DNA of 64,000 nt from Chiloscyllium plagiosum (GCF_004010195.1 NC_057753.1:10540832-10604831); one strand, 5' to 3'. Shown: positions 37,663-50,300, numbered from the stretch's first letter. Program-made: numbers and translations. Notes: generated by a model not told the origin, from the sequence alone.

Positions 37663-39400
37663 TCAGTTTTGAAAAGGATTATGTGCGGTAAAAGGGGCAA
37701 CCTGCTGAGGCCGCTGGGGAGGGGGACCAGGAGGTTGTCTGTTGTTTCTGCTGCGGTGATAAACCAGGGGCTGGTTTGGCAAAGGGCAGCTCTTGGACCA
37801 ACGACCTGGTTGATTACAATTGAAACAAAGATGTGATTGTTGGGGGACTCTAGAAAGTGGGGGAGGCGGTGAAGAGTGAGAGGGTGTATAGGGAGTAAGG
37901 GGCATCATGGACCGTTGGGGAGGATTCATAGGAGGACCCCAAGGTCCATTTGGATGTTGCGAATACACAGTAACATTCCTACTATCCTGCCATACTGGAT
38001 GACAGTAAGAGGGTTCCATTTGATAGTCTGACTGACCTTGCGGATAGATAGGCCTAAATCCTGGGTTTAGTTCTGTCTTGACCGTGCCAATGGTAGCCTT
38101 ACTGTTGGGATCCTTTAGTTCCCAGAGTAACAAACCTCTCAGCTGAATTGTGCAACCGCGGCATCTTGTGGGCTTTAATACCTTTCTGTACCTGATCAGG
38201 TAAGATGGTCATACATAGGGCATTAAATTGGAGTGATCGCCCTTATAGGTAGTTAGCGTTACCAGGGTAAGTACCATATCATTCCTTAAAACGGGTAAGG
38301 AATTCCTCAGCCCCTTTGTCCAAGCTGGGTTTACATGTTAAGGCTTTACCCACATCAACTGCACGACGCACTGCTTGGTGGAGACCGGTAATAATCCAAT
38401 CTGATAGGTTCATCCTGGTGCTGGGCTACAAGCCGGGTATGATTATTACATTGTAAAATTTATAAGAACTCAGCCCATTGTTTAGGGGAAGGCTGCACTC
38501 TGACGTGAAGTAGGTCTGGGGAGGCAGCATTATAAATGGTCTTAGTCCTATTAATGTAATTAACAGATCCCTCAGGATTCCTTCCATAATCTGCAGCCTT
38601 ATTGATAATGCTTGAGTGTCATGAGGTTTCCATGGTTGATAAAGATCCACAAATTGGGCTTGTCCCGCCGAATTCTTATTCGGCTGAACAGTTGGGGGGG
38701 GGGGGGGGGGGGGTCATGACCTTTGGCACGTTCATCATCAGAGTAAGGGGGGAGGGTTGAGGCAGGGAACTGGATGTGGTCAGCTGACAGGATGGGAGGC
38801 ATAAAATACTTCCTCCTCCGAATCAGTATCCCATCCACAAATGGATCAGGATTCTTTAGTAATGGGTCTTTGGAAGAGGGGGAGGGTGAGGTATAAGGAA
38901 CAGTCCTTGTGAGCTTCGTCCTGCACAGCTGCAAGTGCAGTCTGTTGTTTATTCACCAGTTTCCTTTTTTTTTGGTGCCCTTGACGTTTCAACGTAGATT
39001 CTGAATCTTTGCTTTTTTTTTTATTTTCTCCCTGGTCAATTCCAATTCTGCTTCTAAATCATGTGCTTCACATTTACTTTTTAGGTCTATCCAATTTAGT
39101 TCAGATCTTTCCTCAGTTAATGGACTAATACCCCTTTTAATACAGTTTTGTCTCCATGATGATTGCATGGATTTTTTCCATTTTTCCCAAGCTACCTTTT
39201 TCCACGCTGATAAGGCTTCTTTCTGTTTACATCCCTTTTTTTTTTCCAAATCCCTTGTTCAATTTTAATGAGCAGATTTGAATCATGTGCGCCTCCTAGA
39301 GACCAATCATTCTGTTGAGCAGCTGCGGCTGATATTCACTCTGGCGCGCACACATGAACATTTTAAGGAGAATGAGGCACTCACATTCCAGAAGTCTCAT
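37663..39400 (-). pseudogene. gag: ERV2 gag
   Basis: PPPPPP and PPY late-domain-like motifs, YQPWK capsid start, single knuckle CFNCNQPGRWSKSCP; stop at 37663 directly before the protease. Confidence 0.85.
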
Positions 39401-39424
39401 AAATCCTGGGTGTGGCACATAGCT

Positions 39425-39637
39425 GGCACCTATCACATTTCCAACGCCCCTCCTCCAAGTCCCTCCTCCCTACCTTTTATCTTCTCCTGCTGAACACTCT
39501 CTGCTCATTCCTGAAGAAGGGCCTGTGCCCGAAACGTCGAATCTCCTGTTCCCTGGATGCTGCCTGACCTGCTGCGCTGTTCCAGCAATAAAGTTTCAAC
39601 TTTGATCTCCAGCATCTGCAGACCTCACTTTCTCCAC
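39425..39637 (+). mobile_element. Penelope-like terminal fragment inserted at the 5' end of ERV2 gag
   Basis: Matches 58920-59095. Confidence 0.85.
39507..39542 (+). ncRNA. Minimal type I hammerhead ribozyme motif (Penelope-associated)
   Basis: ATTC-CTGAAGA-A-GGGC-CTGT-GCCC-GAAA-CG-TC-GAAT: intact CUGANGA/GAAA core, stem I ATTC/GAAT, stem II GGGC/GCCC, GUC cleavage triplet. Confidence 0.75.
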
Positions 39638-40127
39638 ATAGCTGCTTAACTAAGTGTGCGAGAATCACTGGACAACTTTATTTTTTAACATGACAAAAGC
39701 AGCAGCCCCTCTCTAATATTTCATAAACAAAGAATAAACACGCAAACAGAACAAAACCAGAACAAACAAACAAGACAAAACAGCAAAGCAAGCCAAGCGA
39801 AGTTGAACAGATACAAAGAGAAGATAATCTCAATTTAAAACTTTCAATAATCAACAATCAGACAACGAACAACAGGACTAATGATTTCTGCAAAACATTC
39901 TCAACATTGTAACACCCTGACAGTTTCTGTTTTTAGTACCTATTTAAACGATCTCATTTAGGGTCCCGTCAGGGTACTGTGAGAGTGAAATGGGGAAAGC
40001 ACCACACAAAGGTGCAGACCAAGAGCAATTAAGGTATAATCTTACTTTGTGGGCCCATTGGTCTCCCGGCCAACCCTGAAGTGGAGCTCCTCTTTTCCAG
40101 TTTCACTCAAATGTAGCCCTTGTTGGA

Positions 40128-40145
40128 ATCCTGCTTGCAGCGCCA
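40128..40145 (-). promoter_or_regulatory. ERV2 primer-binding site, tRNA-Ser
   Basis: TGGCGCTGCAAGCAGGAT starts 3 nt after the 5' LTR; complement ATCCTGCTTGCAGCGCCA resembles the 3' end of vertebrate tRNA-Ser(CGA/TGA). Confidence 0.75.
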
Positions 40146-40148
40146 AAT

Positions 40149-40752
40149 TGATAAAGTACAGATATGAGACAGCCCATGGAGTCCCTTGTGGACTCAGACC
40201 TATCTCGGTTTGTCCCGGAGATCGTACCCTTTGGAAGTTTGGAATAAAAGTAAAACTCTTGCAGACAGTTTAGTTTAATTTTGAATTATCCCCTTCATTA
40301 ATAGCATCACTGTTATGACATAACTCTGATACCTATAAGTCAAGCTAATCAGATTCTATTAACCCAGGAGAGTAGCTATCACTCTTCTTTCAAAAGCCCA
40401 AGCCAGCTACTCCGTATACTAATCACAAATAGACTATCTTTGTACACAAGTACAAAGACAGTACTGTCACAAACATGCTTTCTTCATACAAATTTTTTTA
40501 CAAAAGCACTGCATGTTCTGAACTACACAGATAACAGTGAAGGACAATAATTCTGGAGAGAGGTTAATTGATGCAGAGTTTCATTTCGAGGTCAGAATCA
40601 AACACTTACTAATTTCACAAAGGAACAGCCTTGAATGTTATCGTTTGATGTCATGTTAAGACAAATATTTTGAATTGCCTTACCCTCCCTGCCTGTCTAT
40701 TTTCTAATGTGCAGCAAATGTGCTCTATAATTCAACATTATATTTTAGTCCA
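40149..40752 (-). repeat. ERV2 5' LTR, internally shorter and truncated by a CR1
   Basis: Similar to 30107-30465 and ~31295-31565; lacks the middle ~0.8 kb. Confidence 0.8.
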
Positions 40753-40754
40753 GA

Positions 40755-41905
40755 TAGAGTCATAGTCATAGAGATGTACAGCATGGAAACAGACCCTTCG
40801 GTCCAATCCGTCCATGCCGACCAGATATCCCAACCCAATCTAGTCCCACCTGCCAGCACCTGGCCCATATCCCTCCAAACCCTTCCTATTCATATACCCA
40901 ACCAAATGCCTCTTAAATGTTGGGTATATGAATACTCAACATTCATATGTTGAGTATGAACCACATCCACCACATCCTCTGGCAGCTCATTCCATACACG
41001 TACCATCCTCTGCATGAAAAAGTTGCCCCTTAGGTCTCTTTTATATCTTTCCCCTCTCACCCTAAACCTATGCCCTCTAGTTTTGGACTCCCCGACCCCA
41101 GGGAAAAGACCTTGCCTATTTACCCTATCCATGCCCCTCATAATTTTGTCAACCTCTATAAGGACACCCCTCATCCTCCGACGCTCCAGGGAAAACAGCC
41201 CCAGCCCGTTCAGCCTCTCCCTATAGCTCAAATTCTCCAACCCTGGCAACATCCTTGTAAATCTTTTCTGAACCCTTTCAAGTTTCACAACATCTTTCTG
41301 ATAGGAAGGAGACCAGAATTGCACGCAATATTCCAACAGTGGCCTAACAAATGTCCTGTACAGCTGCAACATGACCTCCCAACTCCTGTACTCAATACTC
41401 TGACCAATAAAGGAAAGGATACCAAATGCCTTCTTCACTATCCTATCTACCTGCAACTCCACTTTCAAGGATCTATGGACTCCAAGGTCTCTTTGTTCAG
41501 CAACACTCCCTAGGACCTTACCATTAATTGTATAAGTCCTGCTAAGATTTGCTTTCCCAGAATGGAGCACCTCGCATTTATCTGAATTAAACTCCATCTG
41601 CCACTTCTCAGCCCATTGGCCTATCTGGTCAAGATCCTGTTGTAATCTGAGGTAACTCTCTTTGTTGTCCACTACACCTCCAATTTTGGTGTCATCTGCA
41701 AACTTACTAACTGTTCCTCTTATGCTCGCATTTATGTAAATGACAAACAGTAGAGGACCCAGCACCGATCCTTGTGGCACTCCATTGGTCACAGGCCTCC
41801 AGTCTGAAAAACAACCCTCCACCACCACCCTCTGTCTTCTACCTTTGAGACAGTTCTGTATCCAAAGGGCTAGTTCTCCCTGTATTCCATGAGATCTAAC
41901 CTTAC
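40755..41905 (-). mobile_element. 5'-truncated CR1/HER1-type LINE (RT to 3' tail)
   Basis: ORF 40890-41927 with GVPQGSVLGPLLF, FADDTK and RPLLEYCVQFWSP; tail at 40755. Confidence 0.92.
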
Positions 41906-43214
41906 AAAAACATCTTGCAGAATTCACTTCAAATCATATCTGTTGAATCACAAAAAGATGATGCTCAATTTACCAAATGACGGACAATTACTGGTAATGA
42001 AGGAAAACCATTGTAAAGAATGTATATATCTTAAATGAATATCTACTCTGCCTTGGATAGCAACAACTTAATTTTTTTTGTCAAATTGACAACTGCAATA
42101 GCAAAACTTTAGAAAATCCACCATTGAACCCAATCTTTAATTAACATTTTTTTTTCAGGAAATCCATTTCAGACTTCAGGCTTTTCCAGCTACATTAGCA
42201 TGAAGGAAGGGTTCGGCTCGGTGGGGAAAGGCTGAGTAATAGCAACATCTTGGCTTTCACTCAAGTATTCTCTGAAGGAAAAGAAATGTGTCTGGATGGG
42301 GACATATCCAGCAGGATGATGATTATGGAGCTTTCAGTAAAAATGTCTCATTTGAATCATCCAAGCTTAGAAATGGAAGAACATCTCTCTTCAAGGTTAC
42401 AGTTCAATTTGCTCTTTCAATATTCCTTGAATTTAAGGCTGTTGTATAGTAGGGTTTACTTATGATCCATTAAAAGCAGTATCCAGTCTCATCTGAGTGC
42501 AGAACCAACTCAACCGACTGAACAAGTGAAACAACTATTCTGTCTGCTGCTTAGATGTGACATCCTCTCTCCCTCTCTCTCTCTGTTGACCCAACAAGAT
42601 ACCAGGGCTGGACGTATCACTCTCTGAATACGATTGCTGATCTACAGTTTGCTTCTGCTGCTGAACATAAGGATTTAGAAGCTGCTAGCCTGATCCCACA
42701 CAAAGCACAAAAACAGACCGTTCACCCATGCCTGCGCAGAGGAGAAATTTCACTTGGAACAGATCACAAAATAACAACTGTTACCAGTCCCACAACTCAT
42801 GTTCTTCCCATGGACAAAGTTAAAAATCACACAACACCAGGTTATAGTCCAACAGGTTTATTTGGAAGCACTACCTTTCCGAGCACTGCTCCTTCATCAG
42901 GTGGTTGTGGAGAATGAGATCATGATCACTGAAGTTATAGCCAAAGGAGTCAAGTGTCATTGAAATGTGATACATTAAACAATTTTAGATTAAATCTTTC
43001 ATCTTTTAGAAAGTGTTTCTGCTCTTTGGTTTGTAAATCCCATAATGTGTTTTTAATTGCCTTCTCAAGAATGTCATTTAATTGCAGAACTTTTCTAATA
43101 GGTGCGAATTCTGTCTGTGACCCAACGTTGAGTCAGACTGACATTTTTCTTAGAAAAGCTCTGCATTTAAATGTCATTCTTGAGAAGGTAATTTATAGAT
43201 TAGGGTGTAGGTTC

Positions 43215-43490
43215 GGGTGGATTGGCCGTGTTAAATTACCCACAGTGCCCAGGGATATGCAGGTGAGGGTGGATTGGCCGTGTTAAATTATCCACAGTGC
43301 CCAGGGATATGCAGGTGAGGGTGGATTGGCCGTGTTAAATTACCCACAGTGCCCAGAGGTGAGGGTGGATTGGCCGTGTTAAATTACCCACAGTGCCCAG
43401 GGATTTACAGGTGAGGGTGGATTGGCTATGCTAAATTACCTATAGTGACCAGGGCTGTGCAAATTAGGGTGGATTAGCCATGGGAAATAT
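43215..43490 (+). repeat. 52-bp tandem array amplified from a SINE internal segment
   Basis: gggtggattggc units start at 43215, 43267, 43319, 43363, 43415 and 43467. Confidence 0.9.
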
Positions 43491-44219
43491 GGAGTCAGGG
43501 GATGGGGATGGGTATGGGTGGGATGCTCTTCAGAGGGCCAATGTGGAATAGACGGGCCAAATGGCCTGCTTCCACACTTTTGGGATTCTATAACTGCACC
43601 TGCATTTCCCACTTCCTCAGCGAGTTCATTCTACATGCAAACCACCCTCTGTCAAAACATTGCCCCCTCAGGTTCCTTTTAAATCTCTCTCCTCTCACCT
43701 TAAAGAAATATGCCTCCTACTTTTGAGCCCCCCTACGTGAAAGAAGAGTCCTTTGCTATTCACCTTACCTCCACTCCTCATGATTTTCTAAATCTCAATG
43801 AGATCACCCCTCACCCTCCTGTGCTCCAGTGAAAAAAGTCCCAGCCTCTCCTTATCACTCAAGCCCTCCAGACCTGGCAAAGTCCTGGTAAATCTTTACC
43901 AAACCCTCTCTAATAGTACTCTTCCTATTAAAGGGCCACCAGAACTGTACTCAGTACTCTGAAAGTGGCCTCACCAACATCCTGTACAATCTCAACATGA
44001 TGTCCCAACTATTATACTCTACAGTGTGAACAATGAAGGCAATGGTGCTAAATGCCTTCTTAGCCACCCTGTCTACCAGTGACGCAACTTTCAAAGAACT
44101 ACATACCTGAATCCCTATCCCCCCCATGTCTTTGTTTTACAACACGATCCAGGGCCCTACCATTAACTGTACAAGTCCTGCCCTCCGTTGTTTTGGCAAA
44201 ACGCAACCCCTCACTTTTA

Positions 44220-44860
44220 TTCATACCTCTCTCATACACACATACATACACCCTGCAACAATCTCTCAGGTTTATACTCCATCACATTCACACTTTATCA
44301 AAAGTGCACACACTCTTACGTACACTCTCACGCACAAACTCACACATAACTCGATGGGGTGAAATTGTATTGGCAGAATTATATTTGCAGGTACATTCGA
44401 TTTTGCTCAAAAAGCACAGAATCTGCAGGCAGTCAATCCATGTAATACTTTATTAATTCCTACTTTGGAAATTGAATCAGACTGGTTCAATATTGGGATA
44501 CTGACAGACACAAACCTCACATCTTTCATGCATTTGAGCATTTTTAAAATATAAATGCTTCAGTCATCTAAAGAACGTGACTTAAAAGGTGTTCTGGGAT
44601 TTACACATTAATGAACTGAAACCTGCAACCCATTCTAAATTATGAAAGATTTAACAGCAATCTAGATTTGTTCAAAATATCCAAACAGCTGCATGCCACT
44701 GATCTTTCACTATAAAGTCTGTGTCTTATGATCCTGCTCCACAGCTACCCAATGAAGGAGCAGCCCTCCTAAAGCTAGTGCTTCCAATTAAACCTGTTGG
44801 ACTATAACCTGGTGTTGTGTGATTTTTAATTTTATCCACCCCAGTCCAACACTGACTCCT
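44220..44860 (+). mobile_element. Penelope-like element 3' region (second family)
   Basis: Same family as minus-strand copies at ~17540-18020, 27425-27900, 42810-43140 and 48785-49270; carries a decayed CTGATGA-A-GGAGC...GCTCC-GAAA motif. Confidence 0.6.
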
Positions 44861-45662
44861 CCATATCATTTCTAGTGAACACAGCCCACACCTCTCAGTG
44901 CTGCCATTAACCTTTACAATGCTGATGAAACGACGCACTCCGCACTCCTGAAAAATTTATAGTTTCTAACGATACTAGCTCCTCATTCACTGCTCCATCT
45001 GATACACGACATTGGAAACTTAGTGCAGGAAGCTGAAAGAAAGGAGCAGCTTTAAAACAAAAAACTCTTGGTGCTCAAAGCTTTCAATAAGAGTCTGAGC
45101 CCAGCAGTAAGTTCAGGTAATCTTTATTGTGACCCAACTTTGTTACAGCTTCAGATCTCCCCAGCAAAAAGGTGCAGAAAAAGTAGCTGCTTTTTAAACA
45201 GCTCAAGGCCAAAGCGCACACACTCCCCCCTCCCCGCCACCCGTCCCCACCCACTCCATCCCACCCCACCTCACTTTCTTTACTATTGGTCACCACAGAG
45301 TTGTCCCTTTGTAACTGGATGCTTGGTACAGCTGTAACCCAGAGGAAGTATTGCTTCAATCACAATTTCAACCCATACCCTGTATCCAATTAAGTTTCTC
45401 CCCGCCCATCTGCTGGGGAAGGAATCAACCGCACTGCTGCGGGTGTAGGCCAGACCAGGTAAAGGATGCAGCTGGGACGACTGAGTGAATCCTTTCCCAC
45501 AACAGCGGTTTCCTTCCCTAAAATGACGTGAGTGAATCAAATGGGGATTCCATTCCCCACCCAGAAAATGGTTTCATCGTTAAATTCTGACCTTCAGGTT
45601 TCTGATCGGATTCCAATTCCACCATCTGCCATGTTGGGATTTGAACCTTGGAGTCTCCGGAG

Positions 45663-46592
45663 CTAGGTGGATATTCCAGTTGATAACGGCACTGGGCCAT
45701 CGCTCCCACAATCCCCCTGCGATGGCACGTGAACTTGCTGGTGCCTCTGCAGGTGGGAGGAGCGGGTGAAGGCCATCCCACACTGAGAGCAGGTGAAAGG
45801 CCTCTCCCCAGTGTGGACCCGCTGGTGCCTCCGCAGGGCAGAGGAATCGCTGAAGGCCTTCTCACACTTGGGGCAGGAGAATGGCCTCTCCCCTGTGTGG
45901 ATCCGCCGGTGGGTCAGCAGGGCGGAGGAGTTCCTGAACGCCTTCCCACACTCGGGGCAGCTGAAGGGCGTCTCTCCCGTGTGGATCCGCCGGTGGGTCA
46001 GCAGGTGCGAGGAATTCCTGAAGGCCTTCCCGCACTCAGGGCAGCTGAAGGGCCTCTCTCCCGTGTGGACCCACTGGTGCCTCAGCAGGACGGAGGAATG
46101 TCTGAAGGCCTTCCCGCACTCGGGGCAGAGGAACAGCCTCTCCTCTGTGTGGACCTGCCGGTGCCTCAGAAGGATGGAGGAATTGCTGAAGGTCTTCCCA
46201 CACTCTGGGCAGAGGAATAGCCTCTCACCCGTGTGGACCCGCTGGTGGGTTAGCAGGTGGGAGGCCTGGGTAAAGCCCTTCCCGCACTCTGGGCAGAGGA
46301 ACAGCCTCTCCCCCGTGTGGACCCGCCGGTGCCTCAGCAGGTGGGAGGCCTGGGTAAAGCCCTTCCCGCAATCGGTGCAGGAGAACGGCCTCTCCCCCGT
46401 GTGGACCCGCTGGTGGGTCAGTAGGTTGTAGGCCTGAGTAAAGCCCTTCCCGCACTCGGTGCAGGAGAACGGTCTCTCCCCAGTGTGGATGCGCCGATGG
46501 GTCTCCAGGACAGACGGGGCACGGAAGCCTCTCCCACAGTCGCCACACTTCCACGGTTTCTCCACGGGGTGGGATCCCTCAGGTTCCTCCAT
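45663..46592 (-). CDS. C2H2 zinc-finger protein ZF2, 10 tandem fingers, ~309 aa
   Basis: ATG (TCCATGG) at 46592, equivalent to the ZF1 start (MEEPEGSHPVEKPWKCGDCG vs MEKPEGSRPVEKLWKCGDCG); 10 intact fingers; candidate acceptor TTTTTGCAG at 46996. Confidence 0.92.
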   Translation of the reverse strand: MEEPEGSHPVEKPWKCGDCGRGFRAPSVLETHRRIHTGERPFSCTECGKGFTQAYNLLTHQRVHTGERPFSCTDCGKGFTQASHLLRHRRVHTGERLFLCPECGKGFTQASHLLTHQRVHTGERLFLCPECGKTFSNSSILLRHRQVHTEERLFLCPECGKAFRHSSVLLRHQWVHTGERPFSCPECGKAFRNSSHLLTHRRIHTGETPFSCPECGKAFRNSSALLTHRRIHTGERPFSCPKCEKAFSDSSALRRHQRVHTGERPFTCSQCGMAFTRSSHLQRHQQVHVPSQGDCGSDGPVPLSTGIST

Positions 46593-47321
46593 GGACAAAG
46601 CTTTAGTCACACACCACTGCGTGTAGAGACCCTTCCTGCCGTGAGTTCCTCTTTCCAGACTGTATAACTGTTTCAGGACCACACTCAGTGCTCTGCAACA
46701 GTAGGGTCTCTCATCCAGTCCCACGGATACTGAAATTGTACTGAAACAGGAATGAAAAAGCTTGGCTCCTTCTCACAGAATCATAGCTGAAAATCGTTGC
46801 GGTCCTGATGGATTGAGTGACTGTCAGACATTGTTGTCAAAGTGAGGACTGCAGATGCTCAGAGTCAGAGTCGAAAAGTGCAGTGCTGGAAAAGCACAGC
46901 AGGTCAGGCAGCATGTGAAGAGCAAGAGAGTTGACATTTCGGGCATAAGCCCTTCATCTGTTTTTGAAACTTCCGTCTTCAGTTCTTCAAACACTCTGCA
47001 AAAAGAGATTACAAAAGTCATTATTGTCAGTGCAGGGTAGAAATTCAGAACAAGCAATTCTACTTTCTGTAGAACATTTCTTTTGTTATTCCACAAAATT
47101 GAAAGTACCATCCCACTCTCTCTCCCTCTGCTCTAACTAATTCTCTAGAAGGTGCTGATCCAGAATCCTATGGGGCAGAACAACAAAAACGCTATGACTG
47201 ACATTTCTCTGAATTTTGAATAACTCCACCTGAAAGTTAATATCTTTCACAACACTGAGATACTGCTGAGAGTGAGCAGGCCTGATTTTTGGAAATAAAC
47301 TGTCAATTCAGGATGAACCGG

Positions 47322-47785
47322 TGTTGTCACCCCATTTCCCTATCAGTCAAAGCAAACACTCAGACACCAGTATGGTTTTACCTTCTTCATCTTTATTCTG
47401 GGCTCTGAAGGGAGAGAGAACGATCATCCATGTGCACAGAGACACGAGTTCTCAGTCTTCCCTCGAACAACAGATTCTTAATGAACTAGTCACTTACAGG
47501 GAGCAACATCCAAACAAGGCAACATCCATATTGAATGGGTGGCCGTTACAATCAGTGAGTGTCAATAGTAAAGATTAAACAATCTGGGGTTATACAACAA
47601 ATACTTCTTCATCTTGTTAAATGGGTTTGCATAATGAATGCTTTTCCACCTTGTTCGACCACTACCCTTGCCTCCACCACCTCATTGTTTACTGCAAGTT
47701 CTTATAGGATCCAAGCTGAGCCTTTGTCCCATACAACTCAAAACTTAACTCTTTCCGTTCCTACTCATACCTTATAACTTGCTCA
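47322..47785 (-). mobile_element. Solo LTR in the predicted ZF2 intron
   Basis: TG...CA termini; AATAAA at ~47391; absent from the ZF1 paralog (13015-13035); flanks CCGG/TCTG fit a decayed CCTG 4-bp TSD. Confidence 0.7.
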
Positions 47786-48378
47786 TCTGTCATGCAGCTT
47801 CTTGAGGAACAACCAAACACAAAATGGTTAATGCCCCTCGGAAGTGGGGAGCAAAATTAGACATCAAGGCACTAACACCGACACCAGAGAGATACTGCAC
47901 ATAAAGACATGGCAAAGGTTTGTGGAAAGGTAGAGTCATAGAGATGTACAGCACAGAAATAGAGGCTTTGGTCAAATTCTTCCATGCCAACCAGATACAC
48001 TAATCGAGTCCCATTTGCCGGCATTTGGCCCATATCCTTCTGAACACTTCCCATTCAAACACCCATCCGGATGCCTTTTAAATGCTGTAATTGTATTAGC
48101 CTCCACCACATCCTCTGGCAGCTTATTCCATACACACACCACCCTCGGTGTGAAAACATTGCCCCTTGGGTCTCTGTTAAACCTCCAACCACCCCCCCAC
48201 CCCTCCCTCCCCACCACCAAAGCCCTTACCCTAAATCTCATACCCTCTAATTCTGAATCCCCCCCATTCCCAAGTAAACGACCTTATTTATTTACCCTAT
48301 CAATGCCCCCCATGATTTTGTAAGGATAGGCCTCAGTTTCTGGCCTATCCTTCCGTTCCGGGTAATTAAGAGACATAC

Positions 48379-48600
48379 CTGAGTTTGCAGAGTCTGCTCC
48401 CTCCCTGGATTCACTCCAGTTGTTACAAGTGACCACATTCTCTCCCCGCCCCCTCCCAGGGTGAAGAGCTGCCGAGAGGGCGGGGTTTCACTCTGAAACT
48501 GACAAAGGCCCCTTCCGCGTTGTGACGTCAGCGATGACTCAGACGGTCGAAGGGGCGGGGCGAAGCCGACAGTGGGCCCGCACTGCGCCTGCGGCTCCCC
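48379..48600 (-). promoter_or_regulatory. ZF2 proximal promoter and non-coding first exon (P1)
   Basis: CRE TGACGTCA (48523), AP-1 TGACTCA (48535), GC boxes, NRF1-like TGCGCCTGCG; minus-strand donor CAG|GTATGT at 48379/48378. Confidence 0.7.
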
Positions 48601-50300
48601 TGCCCTCAGAGAATCCCCAGCATGGAAGCAGGCCACTCGGCCCAACGAGTCCACACCGACCCTCCCAAGGGTAACCCACCTACATCCATTCCCCTACCCC
48701 GCACAACCCTGCATGGCAAATCCACCCTAACCTGCAAAACACTGAACACTAGGGGAATTTAGCATGGCCAATCCACCCTAACCTGGTCAAAGTTAAAAAC
48801 ACATCAGGTTATAGTCCAACAGGTTTATTTGGAAGGACCAGCGTTCGGAGCACTGCTCCTTCATCAACTGGTTGTGGAGAATAAGATCATAAGGCACAGA
48901 ACTTACAGAAAAACATTACAGTCCTGCCACTGAAATGACATATTGAACAAACCTGGATTGTTAAGTTTTTCATCTTTTAGACTGGGTTGCAGGTATCATT
49001 AATATGTAAATCCCAGAACTTCCTGGAAGGCACGTTATTGAGATAAATTAAGATTTTATAACAAAAGGTGACATCTCAGCTCAGACTATGCATTAAAGGT
49101 GCGAGGTCAGAGTCTGTCTGTATCCCAATCTGGAGTCATAGACTGGTTCTATTACCAAAGTGGACTTTACAAAATATTACATGTCTTGACTGCCTGCAGA
49201 TTGTGCCTTTTTTGAGCAAAATATATTATATCTGCAAATATAATTCTGCAAATACAAATTCATCCCCATGGACTTATAGGTGTGTTGATGCACAAGAGAG
49301 AAAAAAAATCTATTTCCCTGCTGTATACCACTATGTCTATTTGATAAAATGCTTTGATTCTGTTGATGTAAATGTTGTTGTAAATCATAGCTGGGCACCA
49401 ATAGTTAGATATAAGGGAGAGAGAATTCCTCAAGTAGGGCACTATAAGAATCCTGCGAGATGCCCATTTCTGGTTTACTTCCTAACGAACAAACATTAAG
49501 CATGAGCACCTATTTATTTCTAATTTTGTTTCATTTTTCTTGTTTGATTCCCTGCTATGACTACACTCTGTGTCTGGATGGTTGACAGGCTGGGAGATTG
49601 TGGGTTAGGGCTTGATTGACTGAATGTTTTTTTTGGAGAAAGTGAGGACTGCAGATGCTGGATATCAGCGCCTAAAAATGTGTTGCTGGAAAAGCGGAAC
49701 AGGAGAATCGATGTTTCGGGCATAAGCCCTTCTTCAGGATTGTTCCAGTAGGTGCAAAGGGGAGTGGTCAAAACTTCAATAGAAATCCAGCAGAGCTGAG
49801 ATCAGACTGACATCTTACTCTGTGGGAACAAGGAGATCAACAGAGGACAGAGAAATCAGGACCTGAAATCTGAGCTGACACAACACTTCCCTGTGATCAG
49901 TGCTTTCATTAGCAGTGCCAACCTTCCCTCACTTCCCATTTGACTACCCACTCAATATTCAAGACCCAATCCTTGTCATCCTGAAGCTATGTCTCTGTAA
50001 GGAGTCTCAGATCATAATTATTCTCTTCAATTTGTGCAGTCAATTCATTCACTTTTGTTACAATGCAGCACACATTCAGACACACCATTTTTAAGTTTCA
50101 ATTTTTGTGTCTTTCGAATCCAGTTTTGATTGCTGGTACATTTAGTCTCCTTGTCCCTTTCTATCATTCTCTGATGTTCATTTTCCACATCACTACATTG
50201 CTCACTGGTCTTGATTTGATTTGGTCATGCTAAATTGTCCATAGTGTCCAGGGATGTGCACGTTAGGTGGGTTAGCCACGGGAAATGCAGATTTATGGTG

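Larger units (their letters stand above)
30107..40752 (-). mobile_element. Endogenous retrovirus 2: near full-length decayed provirus (LTR-PBS-gag-pro-pol-env-PPT-LTR), gamma/epsilon-like
   Basis: All domains in retroviral order on the minus strand, with many stops and frameshifts. Confidence 0.93.

Noticed and set aside
41910..42800. Apparently unique sequence with a strong acceptor-like T-tract at ~42158 and a 71-codon ORF
   Set aside because: No recognisable protein motif, partner exon or paralog in the window
43215..43490. Regularly spaced repeats resembling a CRISPR array
   Set aside because: Whole units repeat without unique spacers; SINE-derived, eukaryotic context, no cas genes
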